Source of the DNA: a virus
Strand: one strand, 5' to 3'
IMG/VR virus record: IMGVR_UViG_3300008262_003578
DNA length: 64,000 bases
The position numbers were made by a program, and so were the translations under genes. Shown one piece after another: positions 1 through 10,019 of this stretch (position 1 is its first letter; the number at the start of each line of letters is the position of its first letter). A model generated the notes under the pieces. That model did no database searches. It saw only the letters and a program-made list of their open reading frames with translations, and had not been told where the DNA came from.

Positions 1-2
1 AC

Positions 3-3000
3 CTTATTGCAACACCCCATATGTACAAATCAAGGTTAAAAGTTCAAACACAACAAGGAGGACCATCACAATTTTCTAAAATTGATAATCAAATAGTTGA
101 AAAAGGTTATCAAAAAATTAAAGAAATGTATAATGAATATAAATCAAAAGGTTTAATACCTAATGATTTTCCTGAATTAACCATAGTTCAATTAAGAAAT
201 AATATTGAAAACTTTGTTAAAAATATTTTAGACTCGTTTACAAAACAAAATTTAGACCCAATTACTAATATTGATGATTATCAGGGAAAATTAAATGATT
301 TTGAAAAAAAGGTTTTTCTATTTGTATCTGAAGGTAAGGGTTCTTGGTTTGACCAAAATATGGATAAAGTTAATTTCCTTGTCCTAAACAACGGTGATAA
401 AATATATACGTTCAAAAAAGAGTTAGATAATAATAATGGTCAAGGTAAAATTAATGCTAAATCTGACCTTGATAAATTAATTACTGAATATAAAACAAAA
501 CTTTTAGAAAATAAGACCGTTGGTAAAGATGGTTCTTATACGATTAATGGTAAAACTAAAAAAATATCTATTCCTTTTAATATTAATAAAGAAACGTTTG
601 GAGTTACTGTAACACCTAACGATATTAAATGGACCGAAACTTATAGACAAGTAAAAAAAGTTAAAACAGAACCTACCGACGATGAATTAACTAAATTTAA
701 AGACAGTTATAAATTTATAACTACTGAATGGTATAGATTTGAAGGTGTTAGTTCTTTTATGGACTTGACTGGTGTTATGGGTAAACAATTAAAAGTTTTT
801 AGAGAGGAAATTGAAACTGAATTAACAATTGCGTTATCCGATTTATTACAAAGTAAAGATAATGGAATAGGGTTTGTACCTAATATTAGAAATGTTTTAG
901 CGGTTATATTTGCCAATGGTGAGGCTTTTTTACGTTTAATGGATGAAGTTCACTATAAGGCTTGGCAAGTAAGAGAGGATAAATACAGAAAAGAAGCAAT
1001 ATTTGATAAAGAAGTGTCAAGTGCTAGTCCTGATAATTTGGATTCGGGAACTGACGAAACTATTCCGATATATCCTTGGCCTCAATATATTGTATCAACT
1101 CCAGGTGAGAATGGTCAAGAAAAATTTGAAATACAATATCCTGGTGATTCTAAATTTGTTAGTAAAACAAAAGGGTATCTTTATGATGTTTGGCCTGAAG
1201 TAGAATTTGTTGAAGAATTTATTAGAGGTTATGTGGAAAGAACCACACCTCCTGCGGACCCAACCGCTGGTAATGATGAGACAACCGAAACTCAAAGAGT
1301 TTCATTTAATGCAATTGAATTCCCAACAACCGATGAAATCTTTTCAAATAAGGAGGAGGTTAAATTTATTTATGAAATATATGAAAGATTATTGGTGTAT
1401 GATTACTATACTAGATTAAGTCGTGTATATAATACCAATGAAGTTGATTCTATGGTCCAAAGCATTGCGGAAGCTGAGAGTGAAAACATACTTAAAAGTT
1501 TATCTAATACAAATACGTTCTTAATTAAAACTCTAAAGGATTATAGTATTAACTCCGCTAATTTTTTATTAATATTAAGACATATCTCAAATGGAGGTAC
1601 AGGACTTAATTGGCAAAATTTTATTAGAGGTATTTTTAATACGGTGTATATTAAGAATTTTGTAGATAATAATAGTTTTGATATACTTAATATTCAAGAT
1701 TTTATTTCATCACCAATACCACTAACATCATTAAATAGTGAAAATAATTTAATTAAATATTTAACGGGGTCAACAACCTCAAATAAAGTTGATTTTACTG
1801 ACTTATACCCTTTTAGTAATTACAATTGGATTTTTAATAACTTGGCTAATGGAACCACCATATCAAGTATTGAATCCGCATTTAATACAACAAAAATATT
1901 AAATTATGATGTTAGTAATAAAATCATTTCAAATTTTACACAAACTGATACTAAAGACCAAAAAAGACCAATTACTAATTTTGTGTGGAAAGAGAATGTT
2001 TTACCATATAATCCTGATATAAATCTAACATTAAAATCTTTTTATCAATCAAGAACGTATAAAAAACAGTTTTTAACTGAAGGTAATTTAAATTATTTAA
2101 ATTATAGTGGTAATGTAACACCTAACCAAAGTGTTTCAATATTGAATACACCTTATTTTGTGAATGCCGTCCAAGAAGGGGTTGATAAATTTAGAAATTT
2201 TGATGAATATCCATACAAGGTTCCTGCATACTTATTTTTAAATAGTTTACCTTTAGGTACGTTAAGAGAAAAATATAAAACTTACGAATCTAATTCACAA
2301 ACTGATTTAGACTATATTTTTGCCACATTAAAAAAATTCGGTGCTATACATCGTTTACCATACGCTTGGATTCTAAAGTTAGGTTCGGTATGGCATAGAT
2401 ATAAAACTTATGTTGAAACTAATGTTGATATATTAACACCTTCTTGGTCAGGATTTAATTATGTTAATAATTTTGACCCTGTAACTAATAACCCGACTAA
2501 AGATTATGCTCTAACAATCAATGGTGGTAATTTTGATATTATATTAGAAAAAAATACAACAATTGGGGTTGATACCTCATCATTAATAAACGTTGGGTTT
2601 TATCCAAAAATGGTAAACGACTTTAACGTTTTTTATCAGGGATTTGAATTACTTTCGGGGTACACATCTGTTGATGTGCAAAATGCAATAACTTCAGGTT
2701 TAACATTAACATATGTATCTGAAGCGTTAATCGCTAAGTCACAAAATACTATAGGTAGTACCACGGCATCAACAAGGGATATAACTATAATACCTTGGAG
2801 TGTTTATGTAAAAACATTTGATAATAATAGTTTTTATTTAATGCCTTCAGAAGGTTCATTAATTAACCAAACTATTGAAGAATGTTTTACATCTGAATCA
2901 CAAAAAATTGAAGTCACTGGTAATACCTCAATTTATAATGGTTCAGTTAGGTCTTTTTGGGCAGCACCTAACTATGGATATTTTGATGTTAATAAAATAG

Positions 3001-5531
3001 TAAAACCAACACCATTACAATATCTTAAACAAGTATTTTCAGGACAATCCGACCAAGAAAATTTCTCACTAAATTCTAGCTCAACAGGGTATACTGATAT
3101 AAGTGAGATGTTTACAGTATTTGAAAAAAATATTTTGGATAAGTTTGAACAAGAGTTTTTAAATTATTCTAAATCAGTATATGACACATTAAATGGTGAT
3201 TATTTAAATAATTTCCAGTCAATGATGAGAGAAATTGCTAAAGTACCAACACAAACAGGTAGTACTAATTACGATTTAGTTTTAAATATACAGGAAAAAC
3301 AAAAAACCAATATTAATAGTTTAATCAAAAACTTTTTAGAATTTGATAAATATATTAAATACGGTAATCCAAGTGGGTATGATAAAAAACTATTTTACAC
3401 ATTTTCTCAATTAGATGTTGTTGACCCATATGGTTGGTCTAATTACACAACACTAACACCAAATGCGTTACCTTATAATGGTGGGGGTATTACATTATCA
3501 CAATCTAAAACAAATAATCCTGATGCTTGGAAAGCTTTAGAAACATACATAGGGTTCTCAACACTAAATAAATTAACGTATAGTAGTAATGGGTCTTATA
3601 TTACAGATTTCTTTATTGATTGTAATGTAGCATTTACTGAAGATAATGTGGTTACTTTTGCACCAATAATTAAACTCTATGCCGCTCAAAAATCTAAAGA
3701 TAATACATTAACATATGGTAAATTTATTACAGATATGACATTGTATTTAAATAATATTGATAGTTTCCAAGATAAAGTGATTAATAATTTAATGACAATC
3801 TTAAATAAACAATTACCTAATGTTAATAATAGTCCTGAGGCATTAGTCTCTTCTGACTTACAAGGACCTCAAAGTAAAGTTGAGTTATGGGAATCATTTA
3901 AAGCTATAAATGATAAATGGATTTCGGGTAACGACTTTAAAGTTAAAACGTTATTTGAGGATATATTATTACTTGATAGGGCTAGTAGAAATATTGGTGA
4001 TAAAATATTAGTTGATGTTTATAAATTAAAAAATAGATTACAAAATATAATGGATTCACCTAAAGTGAGTATGTTAGTTTTTGTACAAACCATATTACAA
4101 GAGAATAATTTTGTTGTTCATAATTTACCATCATATGTGAATTTTTATAATGTTCAAGATGTTAGTAAAAATCCTAAACCAAAACCTGAAGGAACATTAG
4201 AGTTTGCTAATACTTTATTTGGGACATTTTTAAATGTTGATTATAGAAATTCGGGGCCTAAAATGGTTTGTTATTATGCAGGTAAACCTAGTGAACAGTT
4301 AGATTTAAAAAATAATGTTGATTACCGATATAGAAACGACGCCTTTGATTTAAGAAGGTCAAGTGATAACCCATTAAATGAAAATTTAGTTGGTAAAAAT
4401 GACTGGGATAAATCAAACAAAGTTGTTGGATTTAATGTTGACATTGGTCCCCAAAATCAATCCATATTTTATGGGTTTATGGTTGACCAACAAAATTCTC
4501 AGTCTACCGCTGAAGCCTTAGAAGTTATTAATCAAATGGCTAATCAAGCGGGAAATAGAGGAGGAAGTACACAGAGTGTGTCCCTATATAATTTGTATAA
4601 AAATAGAAGTTATACTTGTACTATTAGTATGATGGGTAATGCTCTGATACAGCCAACAATGTATTTCAACTTAAGACACGTACCAATGTTTAGTGGGCCC
4701 TATATGATTCAAACTGTTGGTCATACAATTTCGCCAGGGTCGTTTGAAACTATTATCACAGGTATCAGACAACCAACGGCTTCTTTACCTAAGATTGAAA
4801 ATTATATCCAAACTTTAAAAAATAATTTATTACAAAATATTATTGAAAATAATAAAAAAGATAAAGAGGCTAAAGATAAACAAAATAAAGACGCAAGTGG
4901 TACCACGCAATCACAACAGGCTAAAATACAAGCAATTACTGGTGGCGACAAATCATTAACTCAACCACAAACTTGTACTCCGTCATCACCTTATAACACT
5001 TATTATAATATAACACCAACTGTTTATGATGAAACATTTAGTTCTGTTAAAAGTGAGTTATCTAATGTGATTGTGGTAAGTAATGTTGATGGGTCTAAAT
5101 TAAAATACGTAATATTTGCGGCGTTATATGTTGAATCAGCTAACGGTAATCTCAAGTTTACTGCGTATGAAAATAATTTTGCGGGAGTAACGTTAACGTC
5201 AAAATGGGGTAGTGTTGAAACATATTTTAATAATAATAAACAATTTTTTTGTCAGACATCAGAAGGAGATAAAACAACTTTACCTTATGCTGTCTTTGAT
5301 GATTTGTTTAATCATTTAAAGTTTTTAGTGGGTAGATGGAAAGATAGGATGACCTCTGATGTTGAAGTTAGTGCCCAATCAATTGCAAAATTTTTAATAC
5401 TAAATAATGTTACAATAAATGGTCCTAACACTAAAGATATAAGTGTCTATAATTCATACGATAGTACTAGATTAAAAAATCTTGAAACCAAAGTTCAAAA
5501 AGCTATTGATATTTATAACGCAACAAATTAA
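3..5531 (+). CDS. Large tail/baseplate hub-like protein with C-terminal GH73/muramidase-like domain (5' partial)
   Basis: Frame is open to the window edge (LIATPH precedes the ATG at 21). YTCTISMMGNALIQP...GPYMIQTVGHTISPGSFET resembles the C-terminal motif of gp27/VgrG/gpD hubs; IFAALYVES...ENNFAGV resembles GH73 glucosaminidases. Confidence 0.6.
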   Translation, partial: LIATPHMYKSRLKVQTQQGGPSQFSKIDNQIVEKGYQKIKEMYNEYKSKGLIPNDFPELTIVQLRNNIENFVKNILDSFTKQNLDPITNIDDYQGKLNDFEKKVFLFVSEGKGSWFDQNMDKVNFLVLNNGDKIYTFKKELDNNNGQGKINAKSDLDKLITEYKTKLLENKTVGKDGSYTINGKTKKISIPFNINKETFGVTVTPNDIKWTETYRQVKKVKTEPTDDELTKFKDSYKFITTEWYRFEGVSSFMDLTGVMGKQLKVFREEIETELTIALSDLLQSKDNGIGFVPNIRNVLAVIFANGEAFLRLMDEVHYKAWQVREDKYRKEAIFDKEVSSASPDNLDSGTDETIPIYPWPQYIVSTPGENGQEKFEIQYPGDSKFVSKTKGYLYDVWPEVEFVEEFIRGYVERTTPPADPTAGNDETTETQRVSFNAIEFPTTDEIFSNKEEVKFIYEIYERLLVYDYYTRLSRVYNTNEVDSMVQSIAEAESENILKSLSNTNTFLIKTLKDYSINSANFLLILRHISNGGTGLNWQNFIRGIFNTVYIKNFVDNNSFDILNIQDFISSPIPLTSLNSENNLIKYLTGSTTSNKVDFTDLYPFSNYNWIFNNLANGTTISSIESAFNTTKILNYDVSNKIISNFTQTDTKDQKRPITNFVWKENVLPYNPDINLTLKSFYQSRTYKKQFLTEGNLNYLNYSGNVTPNQSVSILNTPYFVNAVQEGVDKFRNFDEYPYKVPAYLFLNSLPLGTLREKYKTYESNSQTDLDYIFATLKKFGAIHRLPYAWILKLGSVWHRYKTYVETNVDILTPSWSGFNYVNNFDPVTNNPTKDYALTINGGNFDIILEKNTTIGVDTSSLINVGFYPKMVNDFNVFYQGFELLSGYTSVDVQNAITSGLTLTYVSEALIAKSQNTIGSTTASTRDITIIPWSVYVKTFDNNSFYLMPSEGSLINQTIEECFTSESQKIEVTGNTSIYNGSVRSFWAAPNYGYFDVNKIVKPTPLQYLKQVFSGQSDQENFSLNSSSTGYTDISEMFTVFEKNILDKFEQEFLNYSKSVYDTLNGDYLNNFQSMMREIAKVPTQTGSTNYDLVLNIQEKQKTNINSLIKNFLEFDKYIKYGNPSGYDKKLFYTFSQLDVVDPYGWSNYTTLTPNALPYNGGGITLSQSKTNNPDAWKALETYIGFSTLNKLTYSSNGSYITDFFIDCNVAFTEDNVVTFAPIIKLYAAQKSKDNTLTYGKFITDMTLYLNNIDSFQDKVINNLMTILNKQLPNVNNSPEALVSSDLQGPQSKVELWESFKAINDKWISGNDFKVKTLFEDILLLDRASRNIGDKILVDVYKLKNRLQNIMDSPKVSMLVFVQTILQENNFVVHNLPSYVNFYNVQDVSKNPKPKPEGTLEFANTLFGTFLNVDYRNSGPKMVCYYAGKPSEQLDLKNNVDYRYRNDAFDLRRSSDNPLNENLVGKNDWDKSNKVVGFNVDIGPQNQSIFYGFMVDQQNSQSTAEALEVINQMANQAGNRGGSTQSVSLYNLYKNRSYTCTISMMGNALIQPTMYFNLRHVPMFSGPYMIQTVGHTISPGSFETIITGIRQPTASLPKIENYIQTLKNNLLQNIIENNKKDKEAKDKQNKDASGTTQSQQAKIQAITGGDKSLTQPQTCTPSSPYNTYYNITPTVYDETFSSVKSELSNVIVVSNVDGSKLKYVIFAALYVESANGNLKFTAYENNFAGVTLTSKWGSVETYFNNNKQFFCQTSEGDKTTLPYAVFDDLFNHLKFLVGRWKDRMTSDVEVSAQSIAKFLILNNVTINGPNTKDISVYNSYDSTRLKNLETKVQKAIDIYNATN

Positions 5532-5563
5532 AAAATGGTGATATTTATATAAAAACGTATATT

Positions 5564-5788
5564 ATGAACACGAAATTAATATTAGATAATTACTTAGGTA
5601 AGAATACTAAGACAACGGAAAAAGATATGGGTGACGGTACTAAACAAGTATGTGATTTAGATACTGGTGATTGTTACACTATTAGAATGAAAGATGGATT
5701 AATTGAGAGAGTTGATAACACTCTTAATAAGAACAAAAAAATTCAAGTAGAAACTAAGAATGGAGTTAAACAATTATTAAATGGATAA
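5564..5788 (+). CDS. Hypothetical protein (74 aa)
   Basis: Clean ORF downstream of a TATTTATA motif (5542); overlaps the next start. Confidence 0.75.
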   Translation: MNTKLILDNYLGKNTKTTEKDMGDGTKQVCDLDTGDCYTIRMKDGLIERVDNTLNKNKKIQVETKNGVKQLLNG

Positions 5789-6488
5789 GGACATGAAGAT
5801 AGATGTTAAAATTTTAAATGAGTTAAAAAGGTATAACTCAATCAATAATTACATTATGGAGCAAGATGCCGAATTACCTCCACCACCCGCTGGTGATGTA
5901 CCACCACCTGATGCAGGAATGGCACCCCCAGCACCTGATGCAGGAATGGCGCCTCCAGCACCTGATGCAGGAATGGCTCCTCCATCACCTGAAGCTGGTG
6001 CGGCACCTACAGGTCCTGTTGATGTTGCAAATGACCCTGACGTTGAAAAACTTGATGATAAAAAAGAAGAAAGTGATAAAGAAGAGTTAGAAATAACTGA
6101 CTTAGTTAAATCACAAAAAAATGTTGAACAAAAACAAGAAGAATATTTTGAACAATTATTTGACCATTTAGGAAACCTTGAAAATAAGTTGGGTGAAATG
6201 GATAGTATTGTTAACAAACTTAATGATTTAGAAGCTAAGATTGAAAAATATAGAACAAAATCACCTGAAGAAAAATTAGAACTAAGGTCTTTAGATTCGG
6301 GACCATTTAATCAAAAACTAACAGATTATTTTGAAGACAAAGAAGAAGACTTTGAAAAATTAGGGAGAGATGAATATATTTTAACAAAAGATGAAGTTGA
6401 AGAATTTTCACCTTCCGATATTAAACGTTCTTTCAGAAATTTTGAGGAGGACGAAACTGACTTGAATAACTTTAAACGACTACGATAA
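5781..6488 (+). CDS. Pro-rich/acidic coiled-coil protein, possibly head-assembly related
   Basis: PDAGMAPPA x3 repeat followed by a heptad-like acidic region; ends at a terminator. Confidence 0.7.
   Translation: MDKDMKIDVKILNELKRYNSINNYIMEQDAELPPPPAGDVPPPDAGMAPPAPDAGMAPPAPDAGMAPPSPEAGAAPTGPVDVANDPDVEKLDDKKEESDKEELEITDLVKSQKNVEQKQEEYFEQLFDHLGNLENKLGEMDSIVNKLNDLEAKIEKYRTKSPEEKLELRSLDSGPFNQKLTDYFEDKEEDFEKLGRDEYILTKDEVEEFSPSDIKRSFRNFEEDETDLNNFKRLR
5907..5987 (+). repeat. 27-bp coding tandem repeat x3 (PDAGMAPPA)
   Basis: cctgatgcaggaatggc recurs three times with 27-nt period. Confidence 0.85.
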
Positions 6489-6493
6489 AAAAA

Positions 6494-6518
6494 AAACGGG
6501 TTTCGGCCCGTTTATTTT
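6494..6518 (+). terminator. Intrinsic terminator, possibly bidirectional
   Basis: aaacgggt-ttcg-gcccgttt hairpin, A-tract before and T-tract after, just past the stop at 6488. Confidence 0.85.
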
Positions 6519-6529
6519 GACTGACATAT

Positions 6530-6558
6530 TTGACTGACAATAATTTTAATATTATACT
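6530..6558 (+). promoter_or_regulatory. Sigma70-type promoter TTGACT-N17-TATACT upstream of SSB
   Basis: ttgact 6530-6535 and tatact 6553-6558; tttgactgaca is directly repeated at 6516 and 6529. Confidence 0.7.
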
Positions 6559-6583
6559 TTAGTAAACTTTTAATTTAATATAT

Positions 6584-7441
6584 ATGGCGACAAACAGTTT
6601 AGACGCAGTACTTGCACAGTACGAGAAATCACAACAGTCGGGGAATTACACCCCAAAAATGTCACAAGAAGACAGAATGAAGAAATACTTCGCAGCTATC
6701 TTGGACAAGAATGAGAAACAAGGTCAGAAAAGACTAAGAATTCTCCCAACTACAGATGGTTCTTCACCATTTAAAGAAGCGTGGTTCCACGAAATCCAAG
6801 TGGACGGACAATACGTAAAGTTGTACGACCCTGAAAAGAACGACAACGAGCGTTCACCTCTTTCCGAAGTTTATGAAGAGTTAACATCAACAGGAAAAGA
6901 AAGTGATAAAAAACTTGCGGCTGATTACAGAGCTCGTAAATTCTACATTGTTAAAGTTATTGACCGAGATAACGAACAAGACGGAATTAAATTCTGGCGT
7001 TTCAAACACAATTACAAGAATGAAGGTGTGTTGGACAAAATCATTCCAATTTGGAGAGCAAAAGGAGATATCACCGACCCTGATAAAGGAAGAGATATTA
7101 TCCTTGAGTTGACAAAGGCTAAAACCCCTAAAGGAAAAGAGTATACTGTTATCCAAACGGTTATGTATGATGACCCAACACCTGTACATGAAGACAAGGA
7201 AACTGCTGATACTTGGGTTAATGATGAATTAACTTGGAGAGATGTGTATTCTAAAAAACCTGTTGAGTATTTGGAAGCAATTGCTAACGGACAAACACCA
7301 AAATGGGATACGGTATTAGGTAAGTATACTTACGGTGATTCATCCGTATCTGAAGAATCATTTGGTGGAGGTTCTGCAAAGGTAGAAACTTATGTTGACC
7401 CACAAGCGGATGATGACGCTGACGAGGAATTACCATTCTAA
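6584..7441 (+). CDS. T4 gp32-like single-stranded DNA-binding protein
   Basis: RLRILP...PFKEAWFH, GRDIIL pattern of gp32-like phage SSBs; acidic tail DDDADEELPF; first gene of the recombination/replication block. Confidence 0.8.
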   Translation: MATNSLDAVLAQYEKSQQSGNYTPKMSQEDRMKKYFAAILDKNEKQGQKRLRILPTTDGSSPFKEAWFHEIQVDGQYVKLYDPEKNDNERSPLSEVYEELTSTGKESDKKLAADYRARKFYIVKVIDRDNEQDGIKFWRFKHNYKNEGVLDKIIPIWRAKGDITDPDKGRDIILELTKAKTPKGKEYTVIQTVMYDDPTPVHEDKETADTWVNDELTWRDVYSKKPVEYLEAIANGQTPKWDTVLGKYTYGDSSVSEESFGGGSAKVETYVDPQADDDADEELPF

Positions 7442-7455
7442 TTGATTATTTTTAC

Positions 7456-7485
7456 GATAAACCCCTAAATGGGGTTTATCTTTTT
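7456..7485 (+). terminator. Intrinsic terminator
   Basis: Perfect 10-bp stem gataaacccc-taaat-ggggtttatc followed by ttttt. Confidence 0.85.
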
Positions 7486-7508
7486 ATTAAATATTAATAC
7501 ATTTATTT

Positions 7509-8510
7509 ATGGCTATTAAGAAAAAAGAAATATCATTAGATTCTATTAAAGGTAAGTACTCTACCAAAACTAAATACAAAGACGAATCATATTATAATTG
7601 TGGTGAAGCATTCTATGAGGCGTGCGGATTACCTGGACCTGTGATGGGTGGAATTAATATGTTTTTGGGACACTCAAACTCGTCTAAAACAACCGCAATG
7701 ATTTTGGCGGCCGCTGATGCTCAAAAGAAAGGACATTTACCCGTATTCATTATTACTGAAAAAAAATGGTCTTGGACACATGCAGTTGAATTGGGGTTAG
7801 AAGCGAATCAAACTGAAGAAGGTGATTGGGATGGAATGTTCATTTTCAATGACTCGTTTGATTACATTGAACAAGCAACTGACTTTATTAATGAAATTAT
7901 TGACGCACAAGAGAAAGGTGATATCCCATATAATTTATTATTTTTGTGGGACTCAGTTGGTTCAATTCCTTGTAAGATGACATTTGATGGTAAAGGGGGT
8001 AAACAACATAATGCAGCGGCTTTCGCTGACAAGATTGGTATGGGGTTACACTCTCGTATATCTAAATCAAAGAAAGAAGATTACCCATATTACAATACAA
8101 TGGTAGTTGTTAACCAACCTTGGGTAGAATTACCTGACAATCCATTTGGACAACCTGAGATTAAAGCCAAAGGTGGTGAAGCGTTGTGGTTGGCATCGGC
8201 ATTGGTATTCTTGTTTGGTAATCAGAAGAAAGCGGGAATCAATCACATTACCGCAACCAAAAATGGTAGAACGGTGTCATACGCAATTAGAACAAAAGTT
8301 TCTATCTTGAAAAACCATGTGAATGGTATTTCATTTAAAGATGGAAAGATTATTGCGGTCCCACAAGGTTATATCAAGGATGATAAAACTGCGTTGGATA
8401 AGTATAAGAAAGAATATTCCGATTATTGGAATAAAGTATTAGGTGGTGAAGGTGACATCAAGTTTAAAGACGAGTTAGTACCAACAGCCGAAGAAGAATT
8501 TGAAGATTGA
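7509..8510 (+). CDS. recA: RecA/UvsX-like recombinase
   Basis: Walker A-like GHSNSSKTT, Walker B LFLWDSVGS, VVVNQ and KGGEAL motifs of the RecA family. Confidence 0.9.
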   Translation: MAIKKKEISLDSIKGKYSTKTKYKDESYYNCGEAFYEACGLPGPVMGGINMFLGHSNSSKTTAMILAAADAQKKGHLPVFIITEKKWSWTHAVELGLEANQTEEGDWDGMFIFNDSFDYIEQATDFINEIIDAQEKGDIPYNLLFLWDSVGSIPCKMTFDGKGGKQHNAAAFADKIGMGLHSRISKSKKEDYPYYNTMVVVNQPWVELPDNPFGQPEIKAKGGEALWLASALVFLFGNQKKAGINHITATKNGRTVSYAIRTKVSILKNHVNGISFKDGKIIAVPQGYIKDDKTALDKYKKEYSDYWNKVLGGEGDIKFKDELVPTAEEEFED

Positions 8511-8535
8511 TTGTAGAACCATTTAATGGTAAAAA

Positions 8536-9534
8536 ATGACAAAAACCCTATTAATTGACGGGAATAATTTATTTAAAATAGGATTTCACGGTGTTAAAGA
8601 ATTTTATCACGAAGGAAGACACGTTGGTGGGATTTGGCATTTTTTAAATACCGTCAGACGATTCATTGAAGAACAAAATTTTGATAAAGTAGTAGTGTTT
8701 TGGGATGGGGAGGATAACTCCTCATCTCGGAAACTATTATACCCACAGTACAAAGAAAATCGTAGAGTTTATAAAAACTTTAATGAAGAATCTTATCACG
8801 AACAAAGACAAAGAATCAAACAATATTTGGAAGAAACATTTGTTAGACAAATTGATATCCCAAACAACGAAGCCGATGATTTAATATCTTATTATTGTCA
8901 AATATCAGAAGATGAAACTAAAGTTATTTTTTCAGATGATAAGGACCTTACACAACTTATTTCAGACAAAGTAAGTATCTACTCCCCATCACAAAAGAAA
9001 GTCTATAAGAAGGGAGATAAAATCAAAATAGATAACATTGAGATACCTCATCAAAATGTGGTAACATATAAAATATTGTCAGGTGATAAGTCAGATAACA
9101 TTGATGGTATTTATTACCTTGGTGAGAAAACTTTCGTTAAACTATTCCCTGAAATACTTGAAAATGAAGTTTCTGTTACCGATATTTTAACAAAGGCTGA
9201 AGGTCTTTTGAAGGAAGATAAAGATAATGCCGCATTAAAAAACTTGTTAAGTGGTAAAACTAAAAATGGAATCTTTGGGGATGAGTTTTTTGTAATTAAT
9301 GAAAAGATTGTTGATTTGTCAAACCCTTTAATAACAGATGATGGAAAAGAAATAGTGGAACTTTATCACACAGAAACCTTAGACCCTGAAGGTAGGGGGT
9401 ATAAGAATCTGATGAAAATGATGATGGAAGATGGATTATTCAAATACCTACCAAAAAGAGATAATGAATGGGTTAATTTCTTGAAACCCTATTTAAAATT
9501 AGCTAGAAAAGAAAAAAGAAAGTTTAAAAATTAA
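8536..9534 (+). CDS. 5'-3' exonuclease / flap endonuclease (T4 RNase H, PolA 5'-nuclease family)
   Basis: LLIDGNNL, VVVFWDG, YKENR, EADDLI, SDDKDLTQL, GDKSDNIDG motifs. Confidence 0.92.
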   Translation: MTKTLLIDGNNLFKIGFHGVKEFYHEGRHVGGIWHFLNTVRRFIEEQNFDKVVVFWDGEDNSSSRKLLYPQYKENRRVYKNFNEESYHEQRQRIKQYLEETFVRQIDIPNNEADDLISYYCQISEDETKVIFSDDKDLTQLISDKVSIYSPSQKKVYKKGDKIKIDNIEIPHQNVVTYKILSGDKSDNIDGIYYLGEKTFVKLFPEILENEVSVTDILTKAEGLLKEDKDNAALKNLLSGKTKNGIFGDEFFVINEKIVDLSNPLITDDGKEIVELYHTETLDPEGRGYKNLMKMMMEDGLFKYLPKRDNEWVNFLKPYLKLARKEKRKFKN

Positions 9535-9538
9535 AATT

Positions 9539-9991
9539 ATGAAAGAGCAAACGACTACAAAATTGGAATTCTTGATGAAAGTGAACAACAACATTATTGT
9601 TCAAAGGTTATTTAACATCAAAGACTATAACCCAAAGGCTAAGGCGTCAATTGAACTATATAATCTAATCAGAGAGTTTAAAATTGATTTGGAGAAAGAA
9701 TTGAAGATGAAAACCGCAACATATATGTTAGATAACATATATGAAATTATGAACAATCCTGCGATTTTAGATACGTCATATACTGACGGTCCTGAGTCTT
9801 TTAGTGTATATATTAAAGAAGGTGACAAGACAATTTGTCATAGAGAATTTGATGCTAAAATATACCCGCCTAAGATAAGATATACCGTGGATGTACGCCC
9901 ACACCTAAAAAACTTACTTATGTCTTTGACTGACATTTTTTCATCTAAAAATTTAACTTACAAATATCTTGAAGTTAGTCTTGGGGCGTAA
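9539..9991 (+). CDS. Hypothetical protein (150 aa)
   Basis: Clean ORF tightly packed between the exonuclease and helicase genes. Confidence 0.8.
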   Translation: MKEQTTTKLEFLMKVNNNIIVQRLFNIKDYNPKAKASIELYNLIREFKIDLEKELKMKTATYMLDNIYEIMNNPAILDTSYTDGPESFSVYIKEGDKTICHREFDAKIYPPKIRYTVDVRPHLKNLLMSLTDIFSSKNLTYKYLEVSLGA

Positions 9992-10019
9992 TATTTATGA
10001 TATATTAAGGTAAAATTAT

